Source: Octopus vulgaris
Lineage: Eukaryota
Assembly: GCA_951406725.2 (NCBI GenBank)
Contig: OX597839.1
Span: forward strand, 36,456,001-36,520,000
Length of the DNA stretch: 64,000 bases
Reading direction: 5' to 3'
In this document: piece by piece, positions 24,524 through 38,800 of the stretch
Position numbering within the stretch: the stretch's first letter is position 1
Layout: each line of letters starts with the position of its first letter
The notes under the pieces: generated by a model
The model's database searches: none
What the model saw: the letters and a program-made list of their open reading frames with translations, nothing else
Told to the model about the DNA's origin: nothing
Program-made: the position numbers and the translations under genes

Positions 24524-27500
24524 AAAACATACCAAATAAATACGTAAAACCATATCAAACAAACTCATACTGAAAACCATATCAACCAACGTATAAAAAC
24601 CTGTGTGGAAACATTTATCAATACATCCAATATGAAACAATATCAGGAACACAGAGAACAAACATTGGGTGAGACACACAGACAGACAGATCTCTAGCAG
24701 GATTCAGCATGACCACCATCACCTCCAGTCTGTGGATGGCTTCAGTGCTGCCTACTCTTTGTAGTAAACAATCACACCAGATCATCTCTAGTTTGAAGAA
24801 ATTGTAATATCTTGATGCGTCTCGCCACTGGAATAACTCAGGACTTGTGGCTGTTTCAGCGCTCCTCCCCACCCAACAACAATCCTATCAATCTTCAACA
24901 ACTGGTAAAATGTCCAAGGTGTGCTGCTGAACAAACTGCCGGCATCGGTTGTTAGTTGTCGGAGCACTGCATCCTTCAAAACTTCCATGCTTCCTGAGAT
25001 TCGCCAACACTACACCTGATTTTCTCCCCTCCATACACACACAAGCATCTATCTGACTCATACATTGTTCACTTTCCAGACATTTGTACATTACTGCATA
25101 TGCTTTATATGCACTTTCTGACAAGTTGTGGTGCACCTGAGCACTGTATACAATAATTTCATTATTATTATTATTTATTTCCTTTTCTGAATAAGTCGTA
25201 ACAAAAATAACAATAATATGTGGTGAGCTCAGGCAGCTAGTTTTTGTAAGAGAGAGAGAGAGATAGTCACTTCTAGATAAATCCTGGTAGGATTAGGAGT
25301 TGGTGTTTTAAATCATTGGTAGAGAAATGGCAAAAAGTGTATATCTGAAATAGCAGAAGAATTCTTACATTGCCGAGATGGAAAACAGACCCAAACTTCG
25401 GTAATGTGTGCATTTGGGACGTAATTTACTGGGTTGCAGGGGGAAAATTAAGACAAGACAATCTGACAGGGATAAATCTTGTAGTGACTATACTTTTTAG
25501 AGGAAAAAAGGGCCCTTGATTTAGCCAATCACCTAACTTTGTGAACTGCTGGTAAGTACAACCTAGCCTTGCTCTTTACTGCACCTTTTGAAAATAAATC
25601 CATATTTTCAAATGAAAAAAAAAAATCAAAGCCCTGAAGACTGAAAGTTAGTGAAAATTCTGTCATTCTGTTTGGAAAAAATAGATATTAACAAAAAATA
25701 ACAAAATAGGATAAAACAAATAAATAAAAATAAAAAATAAATAAAGCCATGTTTTGGAGAAGAAAGACGAAACAGCTGTCGACAATTGCTGAAAGCAAAG
25801 ATACATCTTAAAAATATTTATAGCAGTATGTTAGTCTGAAAATTTACCTGACTGTCTTTGTTTGCCTGTCTCTCATCGGCTGCTCGTTCCCGTCGGCCAC
25901 GCACTCTCCGGGATTTGATCTTCTCCTGTTCTTGAATGATTTCTGCAAGCCTGGCATCGTGTAATTCTATTTCACGCAGTTTTCTTTGGTCGACTATTGC
26001 TTTTGTTCTCTGCGAAAACGAAAAGGTCAAGAAGAAGAAGTTTTAAATAGTTTGGTTTTTATAGACCGGCTTCCTCTAAAATGTCACTGAAGATGACAGC
26101 AGCATCCACAAGTGATTCTGAAACCAAGGAATCAATCATTTATTTATTTGAAAATTTAAACAAACTCCCATCTCCCCCATAATACACACACAGTAAATAT
26201 GATAATAGTTGGGGGTGATTTCTCCAGTTACACTTTATGTTGTGTAAAGAGAGGGGGAAAGAGTAAAAGAATAATACAGAAAGAGTTAATGCAAGAGGTG
26301 TCCTATGAGTGGACATTTTAGACTTGGTGCCATAGAGACACAGTAAGAAAGAAAGAATCACAAGGAGGAGGAGGAGGAGAGAGGAAATGGTAGTAATTAT
26401 GAGAGGAGTTCAGATTTTGCAGAGAGAAGTTTATGATGGCATAGATAGTGATTATGTTGATAAAATGTAGCAAAAAAAAAGTAACATACTTATAAATATA
26501 CAAATGAGAATTTTGTTTCATTTAATTCTATTTTAAAGTAATAAATATTAAATTTTCAAAAGAGGAAAGATTGGTTAAAAAAAAAAAAAAGTGAAACTTG
26601 TTATCTTCAATTTGGTTTCATGTCAATCCTTACTTATTGACATAAATGTTGGATAATGGCAAAGAATATAATCATAAATACAAGTGGCTGAAATGGGGTT
26701 TCTGCAAAGGATTTCTAGAAAACTATTACTGAACAAGGTGCATAGCTTGGAGATCAGGGAGTCTTACCAGGTTGAGCTGTTACTTCTCCACATTGACAGG
26801 TCCCAGCTGCATTACTACAGACATTTGGTTAGAGTTTTGCAGAAAAGAATTACAAGATGGGTTCTTCAAGCCAAGCCAACTGGCAGGAGATCTAGGGGCA
26901 GACCATGAACAAAATGATTGGATAATATTCATAGTGACAGTTGGTCATGTTTTGGAATCCAACAGGAAAGTGCAATGACAGTTGCTACCCTATGGAGAAG
27001 GTGACCAAGGACAACCTCCACAATCCTCCCAGAAGTAGTGGGTTGTGAAAATGGATGGATGGAATATTTTCCTTTTGAAAATTAGTATTCATTCCATTAC
27101 TTGTATAAGTACCAAGAAATTTGATAAGAGTGGAATTATGATAATTATATATTCACTTATATTTCCATGATGACAAAAGTACACTTCTAAAGTTATGTCC
27201 ATATGATAGGCAACACTTGAGTTTTGTTCCAGAAAACACTTCTCTAATTTACAAAAAGAGTTCAATCTTTAATACATCTATTATGTGTTGTGCCCTAACT
27301 GACACTTCTTTGCTTGACTGATTTTGTTCTCATTTCATGGTCAAGTGGTTAACTGTTGAAAATAAAGGAGGCATGTTCTAGCAAGAATCCCTTCTCACTA
27401 TGGCAACACAAATATAAAACAGAGAAACTTACCAAAACTTGTAATATTTCATCACATTTTTGTTAGTTTAACGAAATTTGTTTTAAAAAATCCGCAAGAA

Positions 27501-27636
27501 TGAGCCTTTTTCCAAATATATAAACCCACTCAAACCCTGTTAGGGGAACAGCTTAGGCAGCTCCCAAATCAGGCTTCAGCCTTATTTCCTTTAAAATCTT
27601 TCAAATTTGGATAAATTCTTAACTAATCAATCATCA

Positions 27637-27672
<36 letters not shown>

Positions 27673-30600
27673 GATAAGGACAACAAACTGGTAGAATTTT
27701 TAGCAAACTGGCCAAAATGTTTATTGACATTTCATCCATCTTTATGTTCAGAGTTCAAATTTTGCCAAGGTTGATCTTAACCTTTCATCCTTTCGGGGTC
27801 GATAAAATAAGTACCAGTTATGCACTGGGGTTGATATAATTGACTTAACCCCATCTCCAAAATGTTAAGCCTATAGCAGAAAAAAATAAAGTAGGTTTCT
27901 TTAAGCCATGAAGGGCCAAACACCATAGGGGGCAATACAATGAAGAATTTTTCTTTTCAAAACCGATCAATAGGGATTGAAAACATTTTGTGACGTGTAC
28001 ACAAAGGATAACAATGTATTGGTTTAACAATTGAAATTCCCAAAAGAGGGAGAAACTAAAACACTGTCTGGGGTTATCCGTTGAAAGAAAAACCTACAAA
28101 AAAATCCACGGAAAAGAATAAGTAAAAGCTAACAGAATCATTACTACACTGGATAAAAATACTTGGCAGCATTTTGTCCATCTTTTATTTCAGAGTTCAA
28201 ACGCTGCTGAGGATCACTTTGCCTGTTCATCCTTCTGGGGTTGATGGACTTGCCTAACTCCCTCTCTCCAAAAATCTCAAGCCATGTGTCTATACTAAAA
28301 GGGGAATTTATCATTCAGTTGTCTCGCTTTTACTGTGTGCTTTCACTACACTGCTGAGTGCAGCTCTATGTGCCTTGGGTATGTGCTGTACTTTCTTTTC
28401 ATGCTGCTATTTTCACTGCTTTGAAAGTGCTCTAACTAAGATGTGTGCAGCATCTAGCAGTGCAATTTTTTATAACGTCCAGAAGGTTTTATTTGTCTTT
28501 TTTTTTTATAATCATACCTGAAACACCTATTATTACAGGGATCATTTCCATTTTTACTATCCTTATTATTATAAATAAGGCAGTGAGATGACATGCTTAG
28601 CACATACTCAGTTAAAATTTCACTGAGGCCTTCTTTGCTTTTCTTTTGGAGCTGATAAATAAGTACCAGTTGAGTACTGGGGGTTGATGTAGTCAACTTA
28701 CAAGCTTCTCCCAAATTGCTGACCTTGAGTCAAAGTTTAAAATCATTAAAGTGGTGAACTGGCAGAATCATTAGCATGTTGGACAAAATGCTTAGAGGTA
28801 ATTCTATTTCAGTTCTTTATGCCCTGAGTTCAAATTCAGCTGAAGTTTACTTTTCTTTTGGGGTCAATAAAATAAGTACCCATTGAGCACAGGGGCTGAC
28901 GTAACCAACTTGGCATCTTCCATAAAATTGTTAGCTTGAACAAAAAAATCATTATTATTATTAGTAATAGTAGTAGTACTGGTGTAGAGGCGTGTGGCTT
29001 AGTGGTTAGGGTGTTAGCATCATGATCGTAAGATTGTGGTTTCGATTCCTGGAGCGGGCGATGCATTGTGTTCTTGTGCAAAACACTTCATTTCACGTTG
29101 CTCCAGTCCACTCAGCTGGCAAAAATGAGTAACGCTGTGATGGACTGGCGTCCCGTCCAGTTGGGGAACACATATGCCATTGAAACCGGGAAACCGGGCC
29201 CATGAGCCTGGCTAGGCTTTAAAGGGGCGCAAAAAAAAAAAAAAGTAGTAGCACAAGCACATTGTTAAAGGCAGATCCATAAGGATTCCCTTGCACCAGA
29301 TTTTCAACAATATCTTAGTTCCTTGTTTTTTATTTCCTCTAAACCTTCTTTTAACTATAGATGGTTCCATAGAATAACCTGTTAGTATGTGGACAAGCTG
29401 TCACAGGTATAAAATGTGTTAACCGTCTCAGTCAATCATTTAATCTCCCAAGTGTTGAAAGAATAAAGGAAACTGTTGAAAGAACTGAAACATACCTTAT
29501 GTTCTTGTTCTTGGATTAACTGTGCAAGTTCCTGAAGAAACATGAAATATTATCCTCAGAAAAGACAGATTAGCAAAAACAAAACAAAAACAAGACTGGA
29601 TAAATCTGCTTTCTTTTACAAACTCAAAAGACAATCTGCACGCTTGTCAACGATGGTTAAAAAAAAAAAAGACAATAGGCAAACGAATAATTTGTTGGTT
29701 TGTATCTCATCAATCTACATGCCTATCAAGGTGGGGTGGGGTGGGGGAAAGAGAAAAACTATAAAAAAAAATTTAATAATCTATCGAGGTTTTATTTCTG
29801 GAACATTAAAGGCAAAGTCTATATTGTGTTGGTCTTCTCCATACGAACCATGTGAGAACATTTGACCAAAATATAGGGAATGGTCAAGAGTCAAAAGATA
29901 GAAACCTACAGAGTAGAATGATGGAGAAGTTACGATTTTGAACTGTTGAGGACACTATCGCAAGTTCAAAACTTACAACAGTCATTATCTGTTGTTCCTG
30001 GCAGCAAGTTCTGTCGTTAACAGTAAGAAGGATATCTAGCCATAAGAACAATTGGCCCCTTATATACATTGACAGTTGTGCGCTTGGACTCCCAAATCAA
30101 CATTGTTCATGGGAATTTATTTTTAACAAGATACAAGGTCAATTTTGATAGAGAAGTGCCGACTGAATTGACCCTGAAGGGTATTTGCAGGAAGCTGTTC
30201 ATTGATTCCAGAAAGAAGGGAAAGGGGCAGAAGTTGAGCCCGCAACAGAGAGAGAACAGACTAGAAACTATAAAGTATTTTGCTCCCTATTCCATTTGAT
30301 CCTAAAATTACCCCTTACCATTATCACCGAGAGACAGAAATAAGTGAGACGTACCTCGTCCTGATACTCTTGTAGCAGTTTCTGTTCAGTAACGTCTGCA
30401 GTAGGTGGCAGCACGTAGAAGTCACTGAAGTCACCGTTGTCCTCAAGTTGACCGCTATGACGAACTCTGGAGAAGGATAGCAAATATAAATCAAACAATA
30501 TCAATTTAAAAAAAACAAACAATAAACCGCTGGTAAACATGGCCTCACCAGGCACATTGTAGGAGAGTGAAGAGAGGTGTGTGGGTGTGTGTAGGGGGAG

Positions 30601-32769
30601 TTGAGTTGAGATTTATTCAGAAATTTAGCTTGGTTTCGTTAAGTTGTGATTGGATATTTCATATAAATTACTGTGGAATGTGAGTACAAGTGTAGTGGAT
30701 ACAAGTGTTGTGGGTTGTGGATGTTTGGGTACAGGTATATATATCATTGTATGAGTTCAGGTGTTGTGGATAAAGAAGGAAAGGTCTTGTGATTACGGGA
30801 GTACAGTTGCAGCGGGTTTGACAATATAGATGCTGTAGATATATAAGTGTATTAAGTGTAGGAGTAGATGTGCTGTGGGGACAAGAGTGCACATGTTAAG
30901 GATATAGTGGACCCACAGGTGTACAAGTGTTATGGGCATGGGGGTAGAGGTACAAGGTTATAGGTGTGGGTGAGTACCAATGTGTAAGTGTTAGAGATGT
31001 GGCATCGAGGAGTATGAGTGAAGTGAACAGAGTTACTTACTTGACATTGGAAGGGGGAGTCTTTAAGTGAAGATTGTCAACATTTTCTCTGAGGTCCTCA
31101 ACAGCATCTGGAAAAAGGGAGGACATATTGTTAGATTGTCTAGGATGTATGTGTGTGTATGTAACACAAACACAGATATTATGTAGGATGTGTGGGATAT
31201 ACACACACAGATGGAATTCTGTATGATGTGTGGTAACACAGTGCAACATAAACAAGGCATACATGGATTCATACATACAAACACACCCATAATCTCATGG
31301 GCCCGGTTTCTGTGGCATATGTGTCCCGCTCAGCTGGACGGGACGCCAGTCCATCATAGCGTTACCCAAGAAACAGGAAAAGAGAGTTAGAGAAAGTTGT
31401 GGCAAAAGAGTACAACAGGGGTCGCCACCCCCCACCCACCCCCACCGGAGCCTTGTGGAGCTTTTAGGTGTTTTCGGCTCAATAAACACATACAAAGCCT
31501 GGTCAGGGAATCGAAACCGCGATCCTCTGACCGCGAGTTCGCTGCCCTAACCACTGGGCCATTGTGCCTCCACATAATCTAACATACATATATCAAAAGA
31601 CACACACACACACAGCAGTACACTGACACATACACACACAAACGTAGAAGACAGTACAGGACTTGCACATACTTTTGTGAACTTTTATGCTTAAAACTGA
31701 ATGCTCATAACAGAGTGGACCCTGCTAAAGGCTTCCAAGGGCCAGGCGGTGTGGGTAAACCATGGATTAGGCCTACCATCTAAAAAGAATAAAAAGTTCC
31801 TCCAGCAGGCTTCAGTACAGTTTCCATGGATCAAATTTCATTTTACAAGGCTTTGCTCAAGCAAAGAGCTATAGTAGAAGACGCTTGCCCGAAGTGTCAT
31901 AGCCTGGGATTGAACCTGAAATCATGCAGTTGCAAAGCAAACTGATTAACCACCACCATCACTCCAAACTGCAAGACCCACTTCCTCCACTCATCACCAC
32001 CACCATCATCAACTTACCAGGAGAAAACGTGGTCAGTCGTGCTTCTTCTGATTGCTCAGCCAGTTTCTTCTCAATCTTCTCCCGTTCTCTCTTCAATTGG
32101 CGTTCTCTTTTCTTCTCTAGGTATCGATCGTACTTCCTCTTCTCTTTCTCTTGCATTTGTCGGGCTAATTCCTAATTAGAGAGAAAAATATCGTCATTTT
32201 ATTGCTTTCTTTTCCCTGCTTGCATGAATCAGAAGATAGTAAATTGGGACAAGCAGAGCCTTTTCTACAACTGGATGCCCTTCCTGTCATCAACATCCCC
32301 GCTCACTTCCAAGCAAGGTAAACTCCCAGTCTATTGAACAACAATCAAGACATGATTATGCAAAGAACTGGAAACAAACAAACAGCTTACAAATATTGTA
32401 CAAGTCAAGAAGCCCTAAGACAGACGTTTAGAGTGGATTGCAAGCAAAGGACACTGTCAGCAAGGCCATTGCTTACAACTAGATTAAGTGAATACATGTG
32501 ATGAAAAGGGAACTATGAACTGACACAAATACATACAAGTACACAGCCACACACACACACACACAAATTAAATCCTCCTTCTGGTATAATAATTCTTTTG
32601 TATGAAGTCTGTGGATATAAATGGATCCTTCATGTGTATTCAGTAAAAAGAGAATTCCTGATGGATGACTACATATGGTAGCTGATACCCACGGAAGAGC
32701 TTTGTAAAGCATGCTATAAGATTATCAGATGATATATATTCTTTATATATAATTTATATATAATTTCTA

Positions 32770-32823
<54 letters not shown>

Positions 32824-35800
32824 GCTTCTTTCAGTTTTTGCCTACCAAATCAACTCCCAAGGGCTACAGCAGAAAGCACATGCCCAAGGTGTCATGCAGT
32901 GGGACTGTCCCAAAACTGTATGTTTGGAAAGCATTAAGTGGTTTATATATATATATATTTGTTTTAGGAACAGTGAATCTTGAAGCAAATAATGCTATAA
33001 ATTTATAGCTCTATGTACTTCAAGATACATCAATCTTAAAAAGAATTATTCCAAATTCTTGAAGTTTCTAAATTTTTATAACATCAATCAATAATCCCAT
33101 TTACAGACAGAATCCATGTTGGAAGTAGAGTTTTCTACAGTTGGATGCCCCTTCTATCACCAACCCTCACTTATTTTTCATGGTTAGACATTGTCCACAG
33201 AAGACTGGACACAAACACCACCACTTGTATGATGGTGATGCTTGTTTACAGCCATCACATGATATCAAGACAAGAGGACACACAGACAATGGGAATCTTC
33301 TAGTTTCCATCTACCAATTCCACTCCCAAGGCTTTGGTCAGCCCAGGGCTGTAGTAGAAGACACTTGTCCAAGGTGCTCTGCAATGGAACCAAACCTGAG
33401 ACCATACGGTCGGAAAGCAAGCTCGTTAACCACACAGCCAAGCCTTCACCTACACACACACACACAAATCCCACCCTTGTTCCGTAATATTCACCGCACC
33501 AATGCCCCAACCCAACCTCCATCCCCACACTGTTACCATGGGAACCGCTGACTCAATAAGAAGCTAGATACTCACCTCATCATCACACTCCATCACACTT
33601 TTATCATTCTGCTCCTGTTTTAAGAATTCCTGGTACACCTGCTGGGCAATTTTCTGATCCTCTTGGGACCTACAGAGAGACAAACAGACAGACAAAGGTT
33701 AGCTAGTTACTGCATTAGAACTGTAATGATGATGATGATGATGGTGACAGCATACACATTTATACACACCTACTTTCTCCCACACACCTACACATTTATA
33801 CACACCTACATTCTCCCACACACCTACACATTTATACACACCTACATTCTCCCACACACCTACACATTTATACACACCTACATTCTCCCACACACCTACA
33901 CATTTACGCACACATTCTCCCACAAACACACACACATTGAGTGAGCCTCTTCATCAGTCCTTCTCAACCAGGGTCCATATAACAAAATAGTAAATAAATT
34001 AGGGATCCACAATAGAATTTGAAGGGACCCTGAAAATTTTTTACTTTATATGTATGCTTTGGTATGTATTACAAGAAATATCTGGGTTTCTTTCCCTGAC
34101 ATTGTACACAGTTCAACCTACACAAATTAATGTGTGAGAAACAAAACAGGAATTTTAAGACGTTTCTATAAAACTAGTTTTTAAACATGAAATGGCCATG
34201 GAGATCCACCAGAATAAAATAGTAATCAAAGGGGTCCATAGATAAAAAGTGGTTGAGAACCCCTGCTCTATATGGTCACTTAACTCACTAAAAATAGCAG
34301 CCAAATCTACCTTTTACTACACCACACCTAGTCATTGGACAATGAAGTCCCAGAAAGAAAAAATGCTGGGTTGTTTGAGGTTGGAACAACTTTGTATCAT
34401 AAATCTGATGAGTAAAGGACTGACCGACCCAGGGTTAAATGCCACCACCACCACCCACTTCTAATTCAGTGGCTATCTGGTGGTCCACAGGAACCTCCAG
34501 ATGTCCAACAGTTATGATATGGTTGAGAATAGAGAGGAAAGATTGTGTGAGAGAGAGAGAGAGGAAAATATAATTTGCATATATGAGAGGAGGAGGAAGA
34601 AGATGTGCATTTGAAAAGGGAAGAAAAGGAGGAAGGGAGAGTTGAAAAGAGACAGAGAGTGCATGTGTGTATGATAGAGGAAGAGAGTAAAGGAGGAGGA
34701 GTTAATGTGTAGGGGGGAGGAGATTTTGAGGGAGATAATTTGCATTTAAGAGAGGCAGAAAGATAGAGTGAATGTTTATATGTGAGAGGAAGGGGAGAGA
34801 GAGAGAGAGATGTGAAGTAGTAAGAGGAGGAGGAGGAGGAGGAAAAGAATGTGCATGAGAGTGGGCATGTGAGAGAGAAAGAGAGAAAGTAGAGGGAATG
34901 TGTGGAGAAGGAGAGTGGAGAGGTGACATGAGATGCAGTGTGTGGTGAGGGTTAGGGTGAGTGATCAATGGATGGACCGACCCCCCCACCACCACCATTA
35001 CATATGGCCACTACATCCTAATCCATCACCACCACCACCACCACTACTGTTACTTCTACATCCCTTATTCATAATACCATCCTGCAACGTCATTCTGAGA
35101 CACACCACCACCACCACCATCACCACTACAGTCACCACCATCATCATCGTCCCTACATTTCTACCACTACAACAACCACTACATAACACCACTATCACTA
35201 CAAGCTACACCACCACCAACACCACCACCACTACCACTACAGTCACCACCATTATCGTCCCTACATTTCTACCACTACAACAACGACATAACACCACTAT
35301 CAGTACAAGCTACCCCACCACCACCACCATCATCATTACACTGCCAGCTCCACGTAGCCACCCTCGCCAACCCCCATTCAAATTTGAAAGGAAATACTTG
35401 TAAGAGTCCTCAGTAAATGTCCAGTAGTGGTAGCAGTGACCAAATAGCCAAGAGTGAACAGATGGAAATCAATACCACCCCACCCACCCACCACCATTAT
35501 TATTATTATCATCATCATCATCATTTTTTTGTTTCCTCAGTTGTCGGCAATGAAAAGAAATATCGGTGGATTAACAATAAGGTGTCATTGTTTGCAGTGT
35601 ATTGATTAACAGGGTTCTTCTAGGTGCAGTATTGACTACAGTGTTAGGGTGGTAGTGATACTTAGTGAACAGGGTTCTGGGTGCAGTGGTAGTGGTGATG
35701 GTGGAGGCGGGCCATCCAGCAAGGCCATAAAATTGTGCTGTTAGACCGGTGCAACATTCCGTGTGGTGCAATTGTTCAGGGATCAGAACTGACGTCAAGT

Positions 35801-38800
35801 GCTTTAGTGGTGGTGGCAGTACCCAGGGTGTTCCAGAGATTTGGTAAGGGGGATTGTTCTCAGGCCTCCCATGGGGTGTGGTGATGGTGGTGGAAGGAGT
35901 ATCTCAGACATTTTGAAAGGGTGCGAGTTATCTTAATTTTTTTTTTTTTAACCTTGTGGACGGGGCTTACCAAGTATTCATGGACCCCTCTGATTCCCAG
36001 GACCCAGGATCAATGTGCTAACTGAACTGCAACACTCTTATAGCTTTGATAACAATATCAGGTGGTAGTTAGTAACTACATGCTCGTGATATGGTACTAT
36101 AGTCCATATCACGAATCGTATTTCGAATCGTTAGCATGCCGGGCGAAATGCTTAGCGGTATTTCATCTGCCGCTACGTTCTGAGTTCAAATTCTGCCGAG
36201 GTCGACTTTGCCTTTCATCCTTCCGGGGTCGATTAAATAAGTACCAGTTACACACAGGGGTCGATGTAATCGACTTAATCCCTTTGTCTGTCCTTGTTTG
36301 TCCTCTCTGTGTTTAGCCCCTTGTGGATAGTAAAGAAATAGATATGGTACTATAGTCCCCTAACATTACTAGAGTCAGTTAGTAACCATATATAGACATG
36401 CAGTGGTGTCTAGTAGGAAAAAAGATTGGTGTTAGTGGGAGCATAGTAGGACAGGGATGCAATTTGTGGGTGTATGATAAGACTGTGTTATTAATGCCGG
36501 CTGCCACCCCCTTGACACCCAGGCCACATTCCTAGTGCCCCCACCCCAACTAGCCATCACATAGACCTCTTTCTGAAGCAAATTCAAAGCAATTGTAATT
36601 CACAAATAAAACTTAATCTAGTGAAACCCATTATTTTGCTTGTTTTACACGAATCGCTCCCCCATTATTGCCCCACTCTTCTTCAATGCTCCCCTTGGAA
36701 CTTTCCACTGCCCACTTGGGAACCACTGCTGTAGAGGGTGTATAGCGAGAGTATTGTTGTAGAAGGCGTATGTATACTCTTTTACTTGTTTCAGTCATGT
36801 GACTGTGGCCATGCTGGAGCACCGCCTTTAGTCGAGCAAATCAGTGCCAGCCCTCACCCTCCGGAAAACAGTTAAGTACAAACCTTTGATGCAGGAGCTT
36901 CAGTTGTTGCATGCGCTCCTCCTGGTGTTTCTTCTCCTCTTCAATCTGGATCACCTTCGCTATGGGCACGTCATTGCGGGCGACACGTCGATTGAAGCGA
37001 TTACGGCCATAGTGGGAGCTGACTGGAAGAGAGAGAGAGAGAAAAGGGTTTAGTGGGAGGTAGGAAAGTGCACGAGACAAGAGCAACATTGTAGGGACGA
37101 TATAAACATTGAATGTATGTAAATATGAATGAAAACCTGCTGTAAGGTAGCAGTAGGAAGAAGGGGGGGAGAGAGAGAGAGAGAGAGTTGTTACATAAAT
37201 GGGGGTAACAGAGAAGTTGTGAGTTCAAATTCCGCCGAGGTCGACTTTGCCTTTCATCCTTTCGGGGTCGATAAATTAAGTACCAGTTACACACTGGGGT
37301 CGATGTAATCGACTTAATACTTATGTCTGTCCTTGTTTGTCCCCTCTGTGTTTAGCCCCTTGTGGGTAGTAAAGAAATAGGTATTTCGTCTGCTGTTATG
37401 TTCTGAGTTCAAATTCTGTCAAGGTTGACTTTGACTTTCATCCCTTCAGGGTCGATAAATTAAGTACCAGTTACACACTGGGGTCGATGTAATCGACTTA
37501 ATACCTATGTCTGTCCCTGTTTGTCCCCTTGTGGGTAATAAAGAAAGCATTTCTGTATAAAAGATGACAGAAGGGAGACAAAGTATTGCCCCTTTTTTCA
37601 CACTTTATAATGTTGCGAGTTCAAATTCCGTCGAGGTCGACTTTGCCTTTCATCCTTTCAGGGTCGATAAATTAAGTACCAGTTACGCACTGGGGTCGAC
37701 GTAATCGACTTAATTCCTATGTCTGTCCTTGTTTGTCCCCTTGTGGGTAACAAAGAAAGCATTTCTGTATAAAAGGTGACAGAAGGGAGACAAAGTAGAC
37801 AAAGTATTGCCCCTTTTTTCACACTTTATAACCCCTTCATCTCCTAGCATTAAGCTACTCCCCTTTACTCAGATCCTTACTCAGTCCTTTGCCAGGCAAG
37901 CTGCCTGGCAACCTCATCAGTTCTGGTGCCCTGAATAAGAGCACCCAGTCCATAATGTAAAGTGATTGGCATCAGAAATGGAGACTAGCTGTAGAAACCA
38001 TGAGACACTGGAGCTCATTGATGCAGCAGTCCTCAGACCAACTGAATCCTCTCTTAGACTCTCCAACACATGCCAGCATGAAAGATGGATGTTACAAAAA
38101 AAAAAAAAAAAATGATGATGATAGGCGCAGGAGTGGCCGGGTGGTAAGTAGCTTGTTTACCAACCACATGGTTCCGGGTTCAGTCCCACTGCGTGGCACC
38201 TTGGGCAAGTGTCTTCTACTATAGCCTCGGGCCGACCAAAGCCTTGTGAGTGGATTTGGTAGACGGAAACTGAAAAGAAGCCCGTCGTATATATGTAATA
38301 TATATATATATATATATTTCTTTACTACCCACAAGGGACTAAACACAGAGGGAACAAACAAGGACAGACAAAGGGATTAAGTCGATTACATCGACCCCAG
38401 TACGTAACTGGTACTTAATTTATCGACCCCGAAAGGATGAAAGGCAAAGTCGACCTCGGCGGAATTTGAACTCGGAACGTAACGACAGACGAAATACAGC
38501 TACGCAGGTCGCCATATGCGTGTGTGTGTTTGTCCCCCTAGCATTGGTTGACAACCGATGCTGGTGTGTTTATGTCCCCGTTACTTAGCGGTTCGGCAAA
38601 AGAGACCGATAGAATAAGTACTGGGCTTACAAAAAGAATAAGTCCCGGGGTCGAGTTGCTCGACTAAAGGCGGTGCTCCAGCATGGCCGCAGTCAAATGA
38701 CTGAAACAAGTAACAGAGTAAAAGAGAGTAAAGAGTATGATGATCCTTCATTTCACAAACTGTTTGACTCTCTGTCTGTCTGTCTGTCTGACATCTAACA

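Noticed and set aside
34933-35403. 156-aa Thr-rich mucin-like ORF
   Set aside because: It arises from (ACC)n low-complexity sequence with a local duplication, antisense within an intron, with no splice support.
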